This document shows positions 35,216-43,500 of a stretch of 64,000 bases of DNA, one piece after another; the stretch's first letter is position 1; every line of letters begins with the position of its first letter. The stretch lies in the IMG/VR virus record IMGVR_UViG_3300021960_000054, positions 1-64,000 of that record; one strand, 5' to 3'. The notes below the pieces were generated by a model that worked only from the letters and a program-made list of their open reading frames with translations, ran no database searches and was not told the DNA's origin. The DNA is from a virus. A program made the position numbers and the translations under genes.

Positions 35216-35726
35216 ATTTGTATTTACCTCTCACTAGAACTGTACGGGTCTTGGTTTGCTTCTCATATTCTAGATTGCGCTTGTCCACTAGAATACCTAT
35301 GCGTCTGCTTATTGTGATGCCTACATTCTTAGGTAGATATTCCGTAATGTCATCCATCTCCATTAACATATTACGAACCTCTTTAATAACAACTCTCTTC
35401 TTAGCATGTTTTAGACTATCTACCGCCTTAAAGATTTGTTTGTCTATAGTAGTATGTATATCTCGGCGTTTTGGTTTCCTAGGAGATGAATTAGGCATCA
35501 CCCATTGAGTATTTTCGCTTTCATAGACTTTAGTACCATCTGGATACAGTCGGTGCGCCTTGTCTATAGTGTGCATCATATACACTTTAGTACCATCTTC
35601 GCGAACTTTGAGAAGCACTTGTTCCATCTTAGGACCAACGTATTTACCATGTTCTTCATAATGGTCTTTTAGTCGTTGATCCAACCAAGATGGTGCATCA
35701 TCGGTTACCTTTTTACTCTTTGCCAA
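35202..35726 (-). CDS. Hypothetical protein with possible C-terminal winged helix
   Basis: ORF track (TTG start, GGAG RBS). Confidence 0.68.
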   Translation of the reverse strand: MAKSKKVTDDAPSWLDQRLKDHYEEHGKYVGPKMEQVLLKVREDGTKVYMMHTIDKAHRLYPDGTKVYESENTQWVMPNSSPRKPKRRDIHTTIDKQIFKAVDSLKHAKKRVVIKEVRNMLMEMDDITEYLPKNVGITISRRIGILVDKRNLEYEKQTKTRTVLVRGKYKYVGG

Positions 35727-36506
35727 TTACTTCTCCGTATCGTATGTCTTGTCTCGTAGAAACTGTTTTGGTCTGCGATATCTTACTCTATTAATAATTT
35801 CATCAAAGTTAAACTTTCTGATATTAAGCGGTGTGTGAACATTTCTATGTGAATATTCAGAGACACGTTTCACATCGTCATGAGACATAGTATGCAATCT
35901 GACGCTCTCTCCATTAGGAGTATTGATGCGAACATACATTACAGTCTCACCTTTTTCAAAGATTAGTCCATCATCTAAATTCATCTTGTCTTTAGTTTCT
36001 TTAGGAACATGAAATCCAAAATGCAGTGGTCTCTGCCAAGCATGAATATCAAAACGTCCATTCATATATCTAATCTCTTCGCGGGTACCGTGTAATATGG
36101 GTGGAAGAGTTTCAATAATAGTGTTAGGAGTATCAGACACAAACATGTTGTTTAAGAATAATTGAACTGCAGTAGAGTCCACAGCATCTTCATATACAAT
36201 ACTCATAAGACTACTTACATCTGCAGTTAAAGACGGCATAGGCGAATAAATCACCTTACCATCTATAACATTCAGACAAATATCAAATGGCATTGTAATA
36301 GCAAACACATTCTTGTAGAAATTATTGAATGCTGGACAGTATCGAACATCACCTTGCGCGAGTTTTGGACCAGACACTTTTTTGGGTCTGTCTGTAACGG
36401 TTTCGCGCCAATTGCTATCTCTCAGAGAACTAGTCCAACAAGTCCAACCAACATCAATATGTTTTGGTTTAAACAACCTTATCACCATATTGTTCAAGAT
36501 ATGCAA
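35727..36506 (-). CDS. Hypothetical protein, distant paralogue of 10109/23076
   Basis: YCPAF...VFAITMPFD...GRFDIHAWQRP...KGE. Confidence 0.72.
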   Translation of the reverse strand: MHILNNMVIRLFKPKHIDVGWTCWTSSLRDSNWRETVTDRPKKVSGPKLAQGDVRYCPAFNNFYKNVFAITMPFDICLNVIDGKVIYSPMPSLTADVSSLMSIVYEDAVDSTAVQLFLNNMFVSDTPNTIIETLPPILHGTREEIRYMNGRFDIHAWQRPLHFGFHVPKETKDKMNLDDGLIFEKGETVMYVRINTPNGESVRLHTMSHDDVKRVSEYSHRNVHTPLNIRKFNFDEIINRVRYRRPKQFLRDKTYDTEK

Positions 36507-36798
36507 TCTTCACACTGTCAACGCGAAAACTACGCCAAGCATCCTTATCTAAGTCCCAACATTTAACAACCTCTTTGTTAGTTGGTTTGGATGCTTTAGT
36601 CTCTTTTGCAAACTCTACATGCGGCATGAACTTCTCGCTCAATGTGCATTTCATTTGACGCTCTGTGCCGTCTTTCTTTGTGAATGTAACTTTACAGATA
36701 CCATCACGCAAGTCATTAATCAATTCATCATACATATACTTATTCTCCTTCAAGTTTTCGTTTGAGTTCATTATACCCTCCAATGTACTCATTGTCAA
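36469..36798 (-). CDS. WYL_2/SH3-fold protein (T4 a-gt.4-like)
   Basis: VTFTKKDGTERQMKCTL...WDLDKDAWRSFRVDSV. Confidence 0.85.
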   Translation of the reverse strand: MTMSTLEGIMNSNENLKENKYMYDELINDLRDGICKVTFTKKDGTERQMKCTLSEKFMPHVEFAKETKASKPTNKEVVKCWDLDKDAWRSFRVDSVKIAYLEQYGDKVV

Positions 36799-36970
36799 TA
36801 GTAATTATAGGAAAAGTTCGCGCTGTGGGGAATTTCGCCACTACATCATCTCGCGTAAATTCTTCACCTAGTGTTACTGCAGTATACTCTAGACCTTTTT
36901 GGTTGAGTAATTGTTTTGCCATATCACAATACGGACACTGTGGTTTAGTCCATACACCTATATTCATCAT
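36740..36970 (-). CDS. nrdC: Glutaredoxin
   Basis: CPYC, RTFPII, IGGYNEL. Confidence 0.93.
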   Translation of the reverse strand: MMNIGVWTKPQCPYCDMAKQLLNQKGLEYTAVTLGEEFTRDDVVAKFPTARTFPIITIDNEYIGGYNELKRKLEGE

Positions 36971-37674
36971 GCCGCTCCTTTATTCTCAATAATCTTAATT
37001 CGATTTATATATGTCTCGCGCACTTCATTGTACTTATTCGCTTCGTGCTTATTAACATATGCATCTAAGTCCACACAGTCCTTAACCTGTATGCCAAATT
37101 TTTCTTCTTTATCCATTGTCACCCATGTCTTCACTACATTCTGCCGGCGGTCCATAAATGTATATAGATAACACTCTGCGCCTCTAATGTATTTTTTACT
37201 CAACAACTTTAGAAAGAAGTTTGAGCGAGTACCAACAACACCAACATATTCACTATTCTTATAGAACTCTTCGTCTAGTTTGAATTTATCATATGTTGGT
37301 ACCATGGCAACCGCATATCCAATTGCACTTTTAGTTATATCTTCCTTAACTGATAGTTTGTTCAACTCTTTCAGAAAGTCGGACATCTCAGACAAAGGAC
37401 GCCTCTCATGAATAACTGAAAAGTACTTAATAACATCTAGTGCTTTAAGGCGATGTTCTTCGGTTACTTCTGGACCTACGAACTTAGTCACAAACTGAAT
37501 GACTTTATCTTTTGTTGAACGATACCCTGGAGTATCACCAGCATAACCTGTATTAGAGTTACCTTTGAACTCTCCATCTTGTTCGATGATTGCTACCGAG
37601 CAAGATACAATATCAATTAATTTATATAGATTGTTGTCCGTAGTCATTGTCCATAAACCCTTGTTCGTTTTCAA
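36967..37674 (-). CDS. Hypothetical protein with OB-fold-like C-terminus
   Basis: SEYVGVVG...VNKHE...ETYINRIK. Confidence 0.72.
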   Translation of the reverse strand: MKTNKGLWTMTTDNNLYKLIDIVSCSVAIIEQDGEFKGNSNTGYAGDTPGYRSTKDKVIQFVTKFVGPEVTEEHRLKALDVIKYFSVIHERRPLSEMSDFLKELNKLSVKEDITKSAIGYAVAMVPTYDKFKLDEEFYKNSEYVGVVGTRSNFFLKLLSKKYIRGAECYLYTFMDRRQNVVKTWVTMDKEEKFGIQVKDCVDLDAYVNKHEANKYNEVRETYINRIKIIENKGAA

Positions 37675-37816
37675 TCATCTCTTGTGCTTCTGGCATGTCT
37701 TGTTCAGGATACGGATCGCAATCACACCCACCACAATCAATGCATGTAAAACAAGAATAGCAAGAGAACTCATCTGCCGCATAGTTGTTGCCTTTACATT
37801 TAGCACATGTGTACAT
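37622..37816 (-). CDS. Small Cys-rich protein
   Basis: CAKC...CYSCFTCIDCGGCDC. Confidence 0.6.
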   Translation of the reverse strand: MYTCAKCKGNNYAADEFSCYSCFTCIDCGGCDCDPYPEQDMPEAQEMIENEQGFMDNDYGQQSI

Positions 37817-37818
37817 AA

Positions 37819-38010
37819 TTAATACCCCATCTCGACTTCGCGTTGATATTGAAACTTCGCCGCCTCTTCTTCAATCCACTCTTCAAACAGAGCAATCTCA
37901 CCTGCTAAACGGTCGCGTTCAGTATTGACTTTTGCTTTCAATTTCTTGTCAGCGATAGTAACAACTACCTCGTCAAGAAGTTCTTTCATTTTGATATCAT
38001 CTACAGACAT
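37819..38010 (-). CDS. Hypothetical protein
   Basis: GAGGAG RBS; upstream TTGACA-N17-TATATT promoter. Confidence 0.68.
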   Translation of the reverse strand: MSVDDIKMKELLDEVVVTIADKKLKAKVNTERDRLAGEIALFEEWIEEEAAKFQYQREVEMGY

Positions 38011-38073
38011 TATATATTCTCCTCATTACAGTTATTAATATAACACAATCTATATTGAATGTCAAGCACTTTC

Positions 38074-38340
38074 TCACTGAAATGCGATTAAAGATAACAA
38101 CAGAGAGTTTAGTGCGAATCCAATTGCATTAGATACAATATAGAGTGCATCTTTAGCATAGATTGCTCGTACTAGGAACAAGAACAGTCCTAACCATACT
38201 AGTAGTATGAAGTTCAGTGGTGGTAGATTGGTTGACCAACCCATCAGTACTGAAATTGATGTTGGAGCAGTCGCTCCGTGTATTAGGATCATTCCGATCC
38301 ACCCACATATTTCTGGGATTTTATTTTTCACATTATTCAT
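38074..38340 (-). CDS. Three-TM PQ-loop/SemiSWEET-like membrane protein
   Basis: 88 aa, three TM; GWIG..LI...P, then D.LYIVSNAIG pattern; own promoter and AAGGAG RBS. Confidence 0.6.
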   Translation of the reverse strand: MNNVKNKIPEICGWIGMILIHGATAPTSISVLMGWSTNLPPLNFILLVWLGLFLFLVRAIYAKDALYIVSNAIGFALNSLLLSLIAFQ

Positions 38341-38485
38341 AATATAACTCCTTTTCTTATTGTATTATAGTAACACACTTTTTTAGAGTTGTCAAGTAAA
38401 ATCTGCAATAAATGCCATAATACCCATTATAAAAACAACTATAATAAACAGTTGTGCAATCCGGCAGGCGATGTAGTCACTCATT

Positions 38486-38686
38486 CTAAATCTCCTCGAC
38501 AGTAATACGGTATTTCTTACCATTCATATCGCACAGGTCGATAGTCTTTTTGGTAGAAACAAAGTAACCCTTAGTAGGATGTAAGTCCCATTTGATAGGG
38601 TCAATCAATCCGATAATATTATCGGGATCATACTTCAATAGTGCTTTACGAACTACATCAGCGATTTTATCACAGTAAGCAATCAT
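38486..38686 (-). CDS. Early hypothetical protein
   Basis: AAGGAG RBS behind promoter cassette. Confidence 0.7.
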   Translation of the reverse strand: MIAYCDKIADVVRKALLKYDPDNIIGLIDPIKWDLHPTKGYFVSTKKTIDLCDMNGKKYRITVEEI

Positions 38687-38701
38687 AATATATCTCCTTT
38701 T

Positions 38702-38757
38702 CTCATCTTACATAGTCATTATAACGTATCAATTGGCAAATGTCAAGGGAAATCCAC
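38702..38757 (-). promoter_or_regulatory. Early sigma70 promoter cassette
   Basis: GTGGATTTCCC-TTGACA-N17-TATAAT...TAAGATGAG. Confidence 0.88.
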
Positions 38758-38809
38758 AAAAAAAACGGCAAAAATGCCGCTTTTCTTTAGATACTGGGTG
38801 TGTAGGGGT

Positions 38810-39151
38810 TTATTCTGCTACTGTCATATTGTGATTTCTTTGTGATATTGGTGAAACGCCTCTTGGACTCTGCTCCGCAACCACTGTTGCTGGTTCTGGT
38901 AGAGTATAAGTACACTTAAACTCATTATTAGACCAATCCCATTGGTTTCCAGTGTCAGCATTCCATTCTAGTTCTACAGACTTTTGTTTGAAACTGTCTT
39001 CTGCATCGATATATCCAATCATAATACTCTCGTTTGCAATGTTCTCAGTGAAACGACTAGGAACTTGACGCACTTCAGCGGGAAATATCTTACCGTCTGA
39101 TATTCTCTCTAAGTCTACAATTCTATTATTCATTTCTGTTGATAGTGTCAT
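38810..39151 (-). CDS. Hypothetical protein
   Basis: ORF track. Confidence 0.68.
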   Translation of the reverse strand: MTLSTEMNNRIVDLERISDGKIFPAEVRQVPSRFTENIANESIMIGYIDAEDSFKQKSVELEWNADTGNQWDWSNNEFKCTYTLPEPATVVAEQSPRGVSPISQRNHNMTVAE

Positions 39152-39159
39152 GAAACTAT

Positions 39160-39624
39160 TTATCCTCTATCGATATATTTATCGTCATATGGTTCTTCTG
39201 GTGCGGCACTAAATCCAATACCCCTCTCTGTGAGTACTTTATAGTTTAATTTATGCGCTTCTTGTATATCATCTTTTGACTGACCTTTGTAAGGTACTGC
39301 ATAACATTGTGCAATCATCATGTCGTTGATTGAATTACCCATGCTATCGACTAACTCACCAAGTATACGTCCAAACTTACCTTTGTCATCTTTATATGTT
39401 CTTAGCGTAAATACATGTCCCACTGGAAATCTATCTTCGATAAACTTTGTTGCTAGTTTACCGTAGTGCTTTTCTTCTAAATCTCTTGTGCGACTTTCTG
39501 GTGTATCGATACCATGCAATCGTACACGCTGTTTGCGTAACCATACACCGAATCCTAAATCAATGTCGATATCTACTGTGTCGCCATCGACTACTCGTAA
39601 CATTGTTGCTCTGTACTCATGCAT
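39160..39624 (-). CDS. Thermonuclease (SNase) family protein
   Basis: RVVDGDTVD, RVRLHGIDTPESR, GKFGRILG. Confidence 0.93.
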   Translation of the reverse strand: MHEYRATMLRVVDGDTVDIDIDLGFGVWLRKQRVRLHGIDTPESRTRDLEEKHYGKLATKFIEDRFPVGHVFTLRTYKDDKGKFGRILGELVDSMGNSINDMMIAQCYAVPYKGQSKDDIQEAHKLNYKVLTERGIGFSAAPEEPYDDKYIDRG

Positions 39625-39626
39625 TA

Positions 39627-39827
39627 CTATTTACTCCCACCGATGTATCCCCCGATGACGCCAATCAACCCTGTTACTGACATTTTCATAAGTGTAATAA
39701 CACTCTCATCAACTGGTCTGTTTTCTTCTAGTGCTACCCAATAGTCACCGATAATGATAACTCCTAGTAGTAATAGTACGCCACCTGTAATCAGTAGCAC
39801 TACAACATCTTTAAAATTCTTAATCAT
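39627..39827 (-). CDS. Two-TM membrane protein
   Basis: Two hydrophobic helices; GLIGVIGGYIGG. Confidence 0.7.
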   Translation of the reverse strand: MIKNFKDVVVLLITGGVLLLLGVIIIGDYWVALEENRPVDESVITLMKMSVTGLIGVIGGYIGGSK

Positions 39828-40861
39828 TTCTCCACCTTTTTCGTTTCTTCGATAACCTCATGATGTAAGATTCCCGAATTCTTCTCTTTGAAGTATTTTC
39901 TTTTTTTAAACTTCTCCCACAACTCACGTTCATCTTCTGTTACAATAAGTTTGACTTCTTCGACTTCGTTGCTTTGCACCTCTTCTTCAACTCGGTCACC
40001 TTCGGTCGCACTCTCACTACTTTCTTCAGTCTCGGTACTTTCTTCCGGTAACTTGACTTCATGTGCGTCTACCTCTGTAAAGTTTGCGATATTATCATTG
40101 TCAACTTTTACTTTACGATAGTCTCTTATTGATTGGTTCGCGGCAATAAGTAGTAATACCGCTAATGGATCAAATACAAATATCAAAAGTAAAATAACGT
40201 AACGTACTGCTTCGTCAAAGTGGTCTTTTGCTTCATCACCATAGATGAGTTCAGCAATATACTTGAGTGGTCCAACTTCTGCTTCAATTGCAAGTTGTTC
40301 TTTACTTAACTCTAATTTCTTACTATTTAGTTCTGCTATATTATCACTTGCTTCTTTAATGATACTATTCAGTGATGCACGTTCTTCTTTTTGTGTCTCT
40401 CGTACTGCAATTGCGCCATCTTTACCTCTGATACGGTCATAGTCAATCAGTGTTTGTACTGACTTATCTAGTTGTTCAATAACTGTATCAGCATCAACGA
40501 TACGCTTGTTTTGTCTATCAATCTGCTTTTCGATTTGTGTGATTTCAAGTGTATTGTCACCTGCGCTGATGGTTTGGTCTAAGTGTGCTTTTGATAGAAA
40601 TCCAAAGATTCCCATTGATGTTATAAATACTAATACTACAACAGCAATCGTTAGATACGACTTCAACAGTACTGGAGTTCTCTTCCAGTTGTTATATAAC
40701 CACGATGCTGTAACAAGTTTTGATACTTCTAAAACACCACCCATCAATAATACAGGTATCTTCGCGGCACTAAAAATAGCGGCGAGTCCTAGTAATGAGT
40801 AAAGTGCCGCAACTGCAGATATGCTAATTGCGGACAATAAAGTCAGTAATGCTAATATCAT
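39824..40861 (-). CDS. Membrane protein with coiled coil (DUF4407-like architecture)
   Basis: 3 N-terminal TM, GIFGFLSKAH, coiled coil, EVGPLKYIAE, IFVFDPLA. Confidence 0.8.
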   Translation of the reverse strand: MILALLTLLSAISISAVAALYSLLGLAAIFSAAKIPVLLMGGVLEVSKLVTASWLYNNWKRTPVLLKSYLTIAVVVLVFITSMGIFGFLSKAHLDQTISAGDNTLEITQIEKQIDRQNKRIVDADTVIEQLDKSVQTLIDYDRIRGKDGAIAVRETQKEERASLNSIIKEASDNIAELNSKKLELSKEQLAIEAEVGPLKYIAELIYGDEAKDHFDEAVRYVILLLIFVFDPLAVLLLIAANQSIRDYRKVKVDNDNIANFTEVDAHEVKLPEESTETEESSESATEGDRVEEEVQSNEVEEVKLIVTEDERELWEKFKKRKYFKEKNSGILHHEVIEETKKVEK

Positions 40862-41418
40862 AGGCGTTCTATTCCTGCTTTACAGATATAATAAGCATCA
40901 ACAATATCAGTCACGGGTGAATCCAAAGTGTCTTGTCCTAGTATATCTTTCAACTGATAGTATTTATATTCATTCAGGAATGCTTCATACATTTTATCTT
41001 TGTTGGCGTTTCCCTTACCACTAGCAAACTTCTTTACTTCAGATGGGGATATTGTTGTATAAGGAAGATTATTTTTGTACAGACGCATCTTCATTGCACC
41101 CGCATTCTCACCAATATGAAACACACGACCTTTTGCGCCCATAGCATAATCTTCGATAGTGATATGTTGAATTGCATCTAGTCCAAATGAGGTATCATAC
41201 TTACTTAAACACTCAATGACCCATGATGCAATATTGTCATAGCGTTCTTCTGGACAGTTCCATGGTTTATGTAGGTCACCATAGATATTGTTCCATGTGC
41301 CCTCATACTTCTTTTTGGTTGTAAGATAATAGAACTTACATAAGATAAAACTACATTTCTCATCCGGCGAAATGCAAATCGCCGGACTACTTAATGAATA
41401 GTCTATGCCCACATACAT
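40858..41418 (-). CDS. RuvC-like nuclease
   Basis: GIDYS, IEDYA, IGENAG, KKFASGKGNANK, DIVDAY. Confidence 0.85.
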   Translation of the reverse strand: MYVGIDYSLSSPAICISPDEKCSFILCKFYYLTTKKKYEGTWNNIYGDLHKPWNCPEERYDNIASWVIECLSKYDTSFGLDAIQHITIEDYAMGAKGRVFHIGENAGAMKMRLYKNNLPYTTISPSEVKKFASGKGNANKDKMYEAFLNEYKYYQLKDILGQDTLDSPVTDIVDAYYICKAGIERL

Positions 41419-41835
41419 TTATTTATTGAACTGTAAACGATATTTTCTACCGTTATGCATAAACGTAACAATAGAATGACTATAGACTGTTACAGCATCT
41501 TCTTGATACCTAGTTTCAATATTACACACACGCCTTGTGCTTGCGCCTGCATTCTTATCGTTTGCGATAATAGCACCTGTCAATGCACCGATGCCAGTAG
41601 CGGCGTTCTTACCACCACCTTTTCCAATTTGATTACCAATGACACCACCGATAATTCCACCTAGGATCATATCTCCGGTTGTGTCATTGCGAACTACTTG
41701 ATTGGTACACACTTCGACTGAATATGGTGTTTTATTGATTACTGTTTTTTCAACATCTCTTACATCTAAGATTTCACCTGCATAAGCACTCGTTGCAAAC
41801 ATTGCAATGATTGAACTAATCAAAATATACTTCAT
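41419..41835 (-). CDS. Glycine-zipper 2TM secreted protein (YcfJ-like)
   Basis: GGIIGGVIGNQIGKGGGKNAATGIGALTGA. Confidence 0.88.
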   Translation of the reverse strand: MKYILISSIIAMFATSAYAGEILDVRDVEKTVINKTPYSVEVCTNQVVRNDTTGDMILGGIIGGVIGNQIGKGGGKNAATGIGALTGAIIANDKNAGASTRRVCNIETRYQEDAVTVYSHSIVTFMHNGRKYRLQFNK

Positions 41836-42230
41836 TATAAATCTCCTTGTTTACGATTTTCACTGAACCAGGCGTCAAATGCTCCACCTGGATAACGCTT
41901 TTCTAATTTACGCACGTTCTCTTCTAAAACATCTTGAGGGTCTAAATCCAATGCGCTACATGCATTAACCCAATACCAAAGGATATCCCCCAACTCTCGT
42001 TTGAGGTGAAAAATGGTATCATCATCCAGATTCTTTCCTTGGAACACACACTTTTTGACGATTTCACTAAATTCACCTCCTTCACTAGATAATCCAATAC
42101 TTGCCGTTAGTAGTGTACTAATATTACATTTGTGGTCTAACTCTTGTAATTTTCTTTCCAACTGTGTCAAGTTTTTACTTTCTTGACTAGTTACTTCACT
42201 CACAAATTCACGATATTCATTCAATTTCAT
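41835..42230 (-). CDS. mazG: MazG-like nucleoside triphosphate pyrophosphohydrolase
   Basis: GLSSEGGEFSEIVKK...ELGDILWY...NVRKLEKRYP. Confidence 0.9.
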   Translation of the reverse strand: MKLNEYREFVSEVTSQESKNLTQLERKLQELDHKCNISTLLTASIGLSSEGGEFSEIVKKCVFQGKNLDDDTIFHLKRELGDILWYWVNACSALDLDPQDVLEENVRKLEKRYPGGAFDAWFSENRKQGDL

Positions 42231-42235
42231 TTTAA

Positions 42236-42379
42236 TTATTCCTCTTCATAATCTTCTGTTTCAACTTCTGCGCCACAAAAGGGACACAACGTAACTTGAT
42301 AATAATCCTCATCCATGTTGTGTGCTAATCTAAATTCAGCATCACAGTCTATACATGCATATGTTTTCGGTCTCGCCAT
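42236..42379 (-). CDS. Small Zn-ribbon protein (47 aa)
   Basis: Manual translation MARPKTYACIDCDAEF...CPFCGAEVETEDYEEE; GGAG RBS. Confidence 0.7.
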   Translation of the reverse strand: MARPKTYACIDCDAEFRLAHNMDEDYYQVTLCPFCGAEVETEDYEEE

Positions 42380-42388
42380 TTTTGCTCC

Positions 42389-43489
42389 CTATAAAGTAAA
42401 TCCAGCAAAACTGTCTTTCTCAACATCTTGCTTAATACCTCCAATGACATAGGATTCGATTTCAGTTTCTTGAGGGGCATTTTGAAGACCTGAACTATTT
42501 AACCAATGAAGAGTCCATGGTAGTGGGTTGTCTCCTGGTTTGATATCATAGATTGCGTTCAGTCCAATTGCTTTCATACGCTTGTTTGCTACCCATTCAA
42601 CATAGTCTGATAATAGTTTCTCATTGAGACCAATCATCGCTCCATCTTTGAATAGATACTTCGCCCACTCTTTTTCTTCATCTACTGCTTGACGATACAT
42701 GTCATACATGAATTCTTGTTCTTCATTAATAACATCAAGCATTTCTTTGTCATTTTCGTTATTCTTGTAATTCTTAATAATATGTTGACTAATAGCAAGG
42801 TGTTGACTTTCATCTCTCGCAATGAATGAGATAATCTTTGCGCTACCTTCCATTTGCTTCAACTCTCCAAATGCAAAAGTACACGCAAATGAAACATAGA
42901 AGCGAATACCTTCTAAGATATTTACTGTAACTAATGCTCTCCATAATTTGCGTTTTAATTCTTTTGTGGTACCTTCACCATTCAATTCATATCGTTTTGC
43001 ATAATCAATGAAATCATCATAACACTTTGTAATACTATCTGCACGTTTCATAATTTTTTCATCATCAACAACTGTGTCGAAAACCTCTGATGGGTTTGCA
43101 TACAAGTTCTTAATCATGTATGTATAACTACGACTGTGAATAGTCTCCATGAAGTCCCATGCAATAATACAACCTTCTAGTTCTGGTAGAGAACAGTAAG
43201 GCATAAATGCTAACGCAGGTCCTCTACCTTGAACACTATCAAGCAAAATCTGATACTTTAGATTAGATGTGAAGATGTGCTTTTGTTCAGGACGCAATTC
43301 ATTATAATCATTGCGGTCTTTCTGCAATGAAATTTCTTCTGGACGCCAAAAGAAACCAAGTTGCTTCTGTGTCAGTTTATCAAAGACAGGATACTTGAAT
43401 TCATCATATCTTTGCATACCTTGGTCCTCACCAAAGAACATTGGTTGTTTTTTGAAATCTACTTTGTTTTTGTTAAATACACTTGTCAT
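42389..43489 (-). CDS. nrdB: Ribonucleotide reductase class Ia beta subunit
   Basis: FFWRPEEI, LDSVQGR, ETIHSRSY, LEGIRFYVSF, RDESQH, APQETEIESY. Confidence 0.98.
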   Translation of the reverse strand: MTSVFNKNKVDFKKQPMFFGEDQGMQRYDEFKYPVFDKLTQKQLGFFWRPEEISLQKDRNDYNELRPEQKHIFTSNLKYQILLDSVQGRGPALAFMPYCSLPELEGCIIAWDFMETIHSRSYTYMIKNLYANPSEVFDTVVDDEKIMKRADSITKCYDDFIDYAKRYELNGEGTTKELKRKLWRALVTVNILEGIRFYVSFACTFAFGELKQMEGSAKIISFIARDESQHLAISQHIIKNYKNNENDKEMLDVINEEQEFMYDMYRQAVDEEKEWAKYLFKDGAMIGLNEKLLSDYVEWVANKRMKAIGLNAIYDIKPGDNPLPWTLHWLNSSGLQNAPQETEIESYVIGGIKQDVEKDSFAGFTL

Positions 43490-43500
43490 TACTTTTTTCC

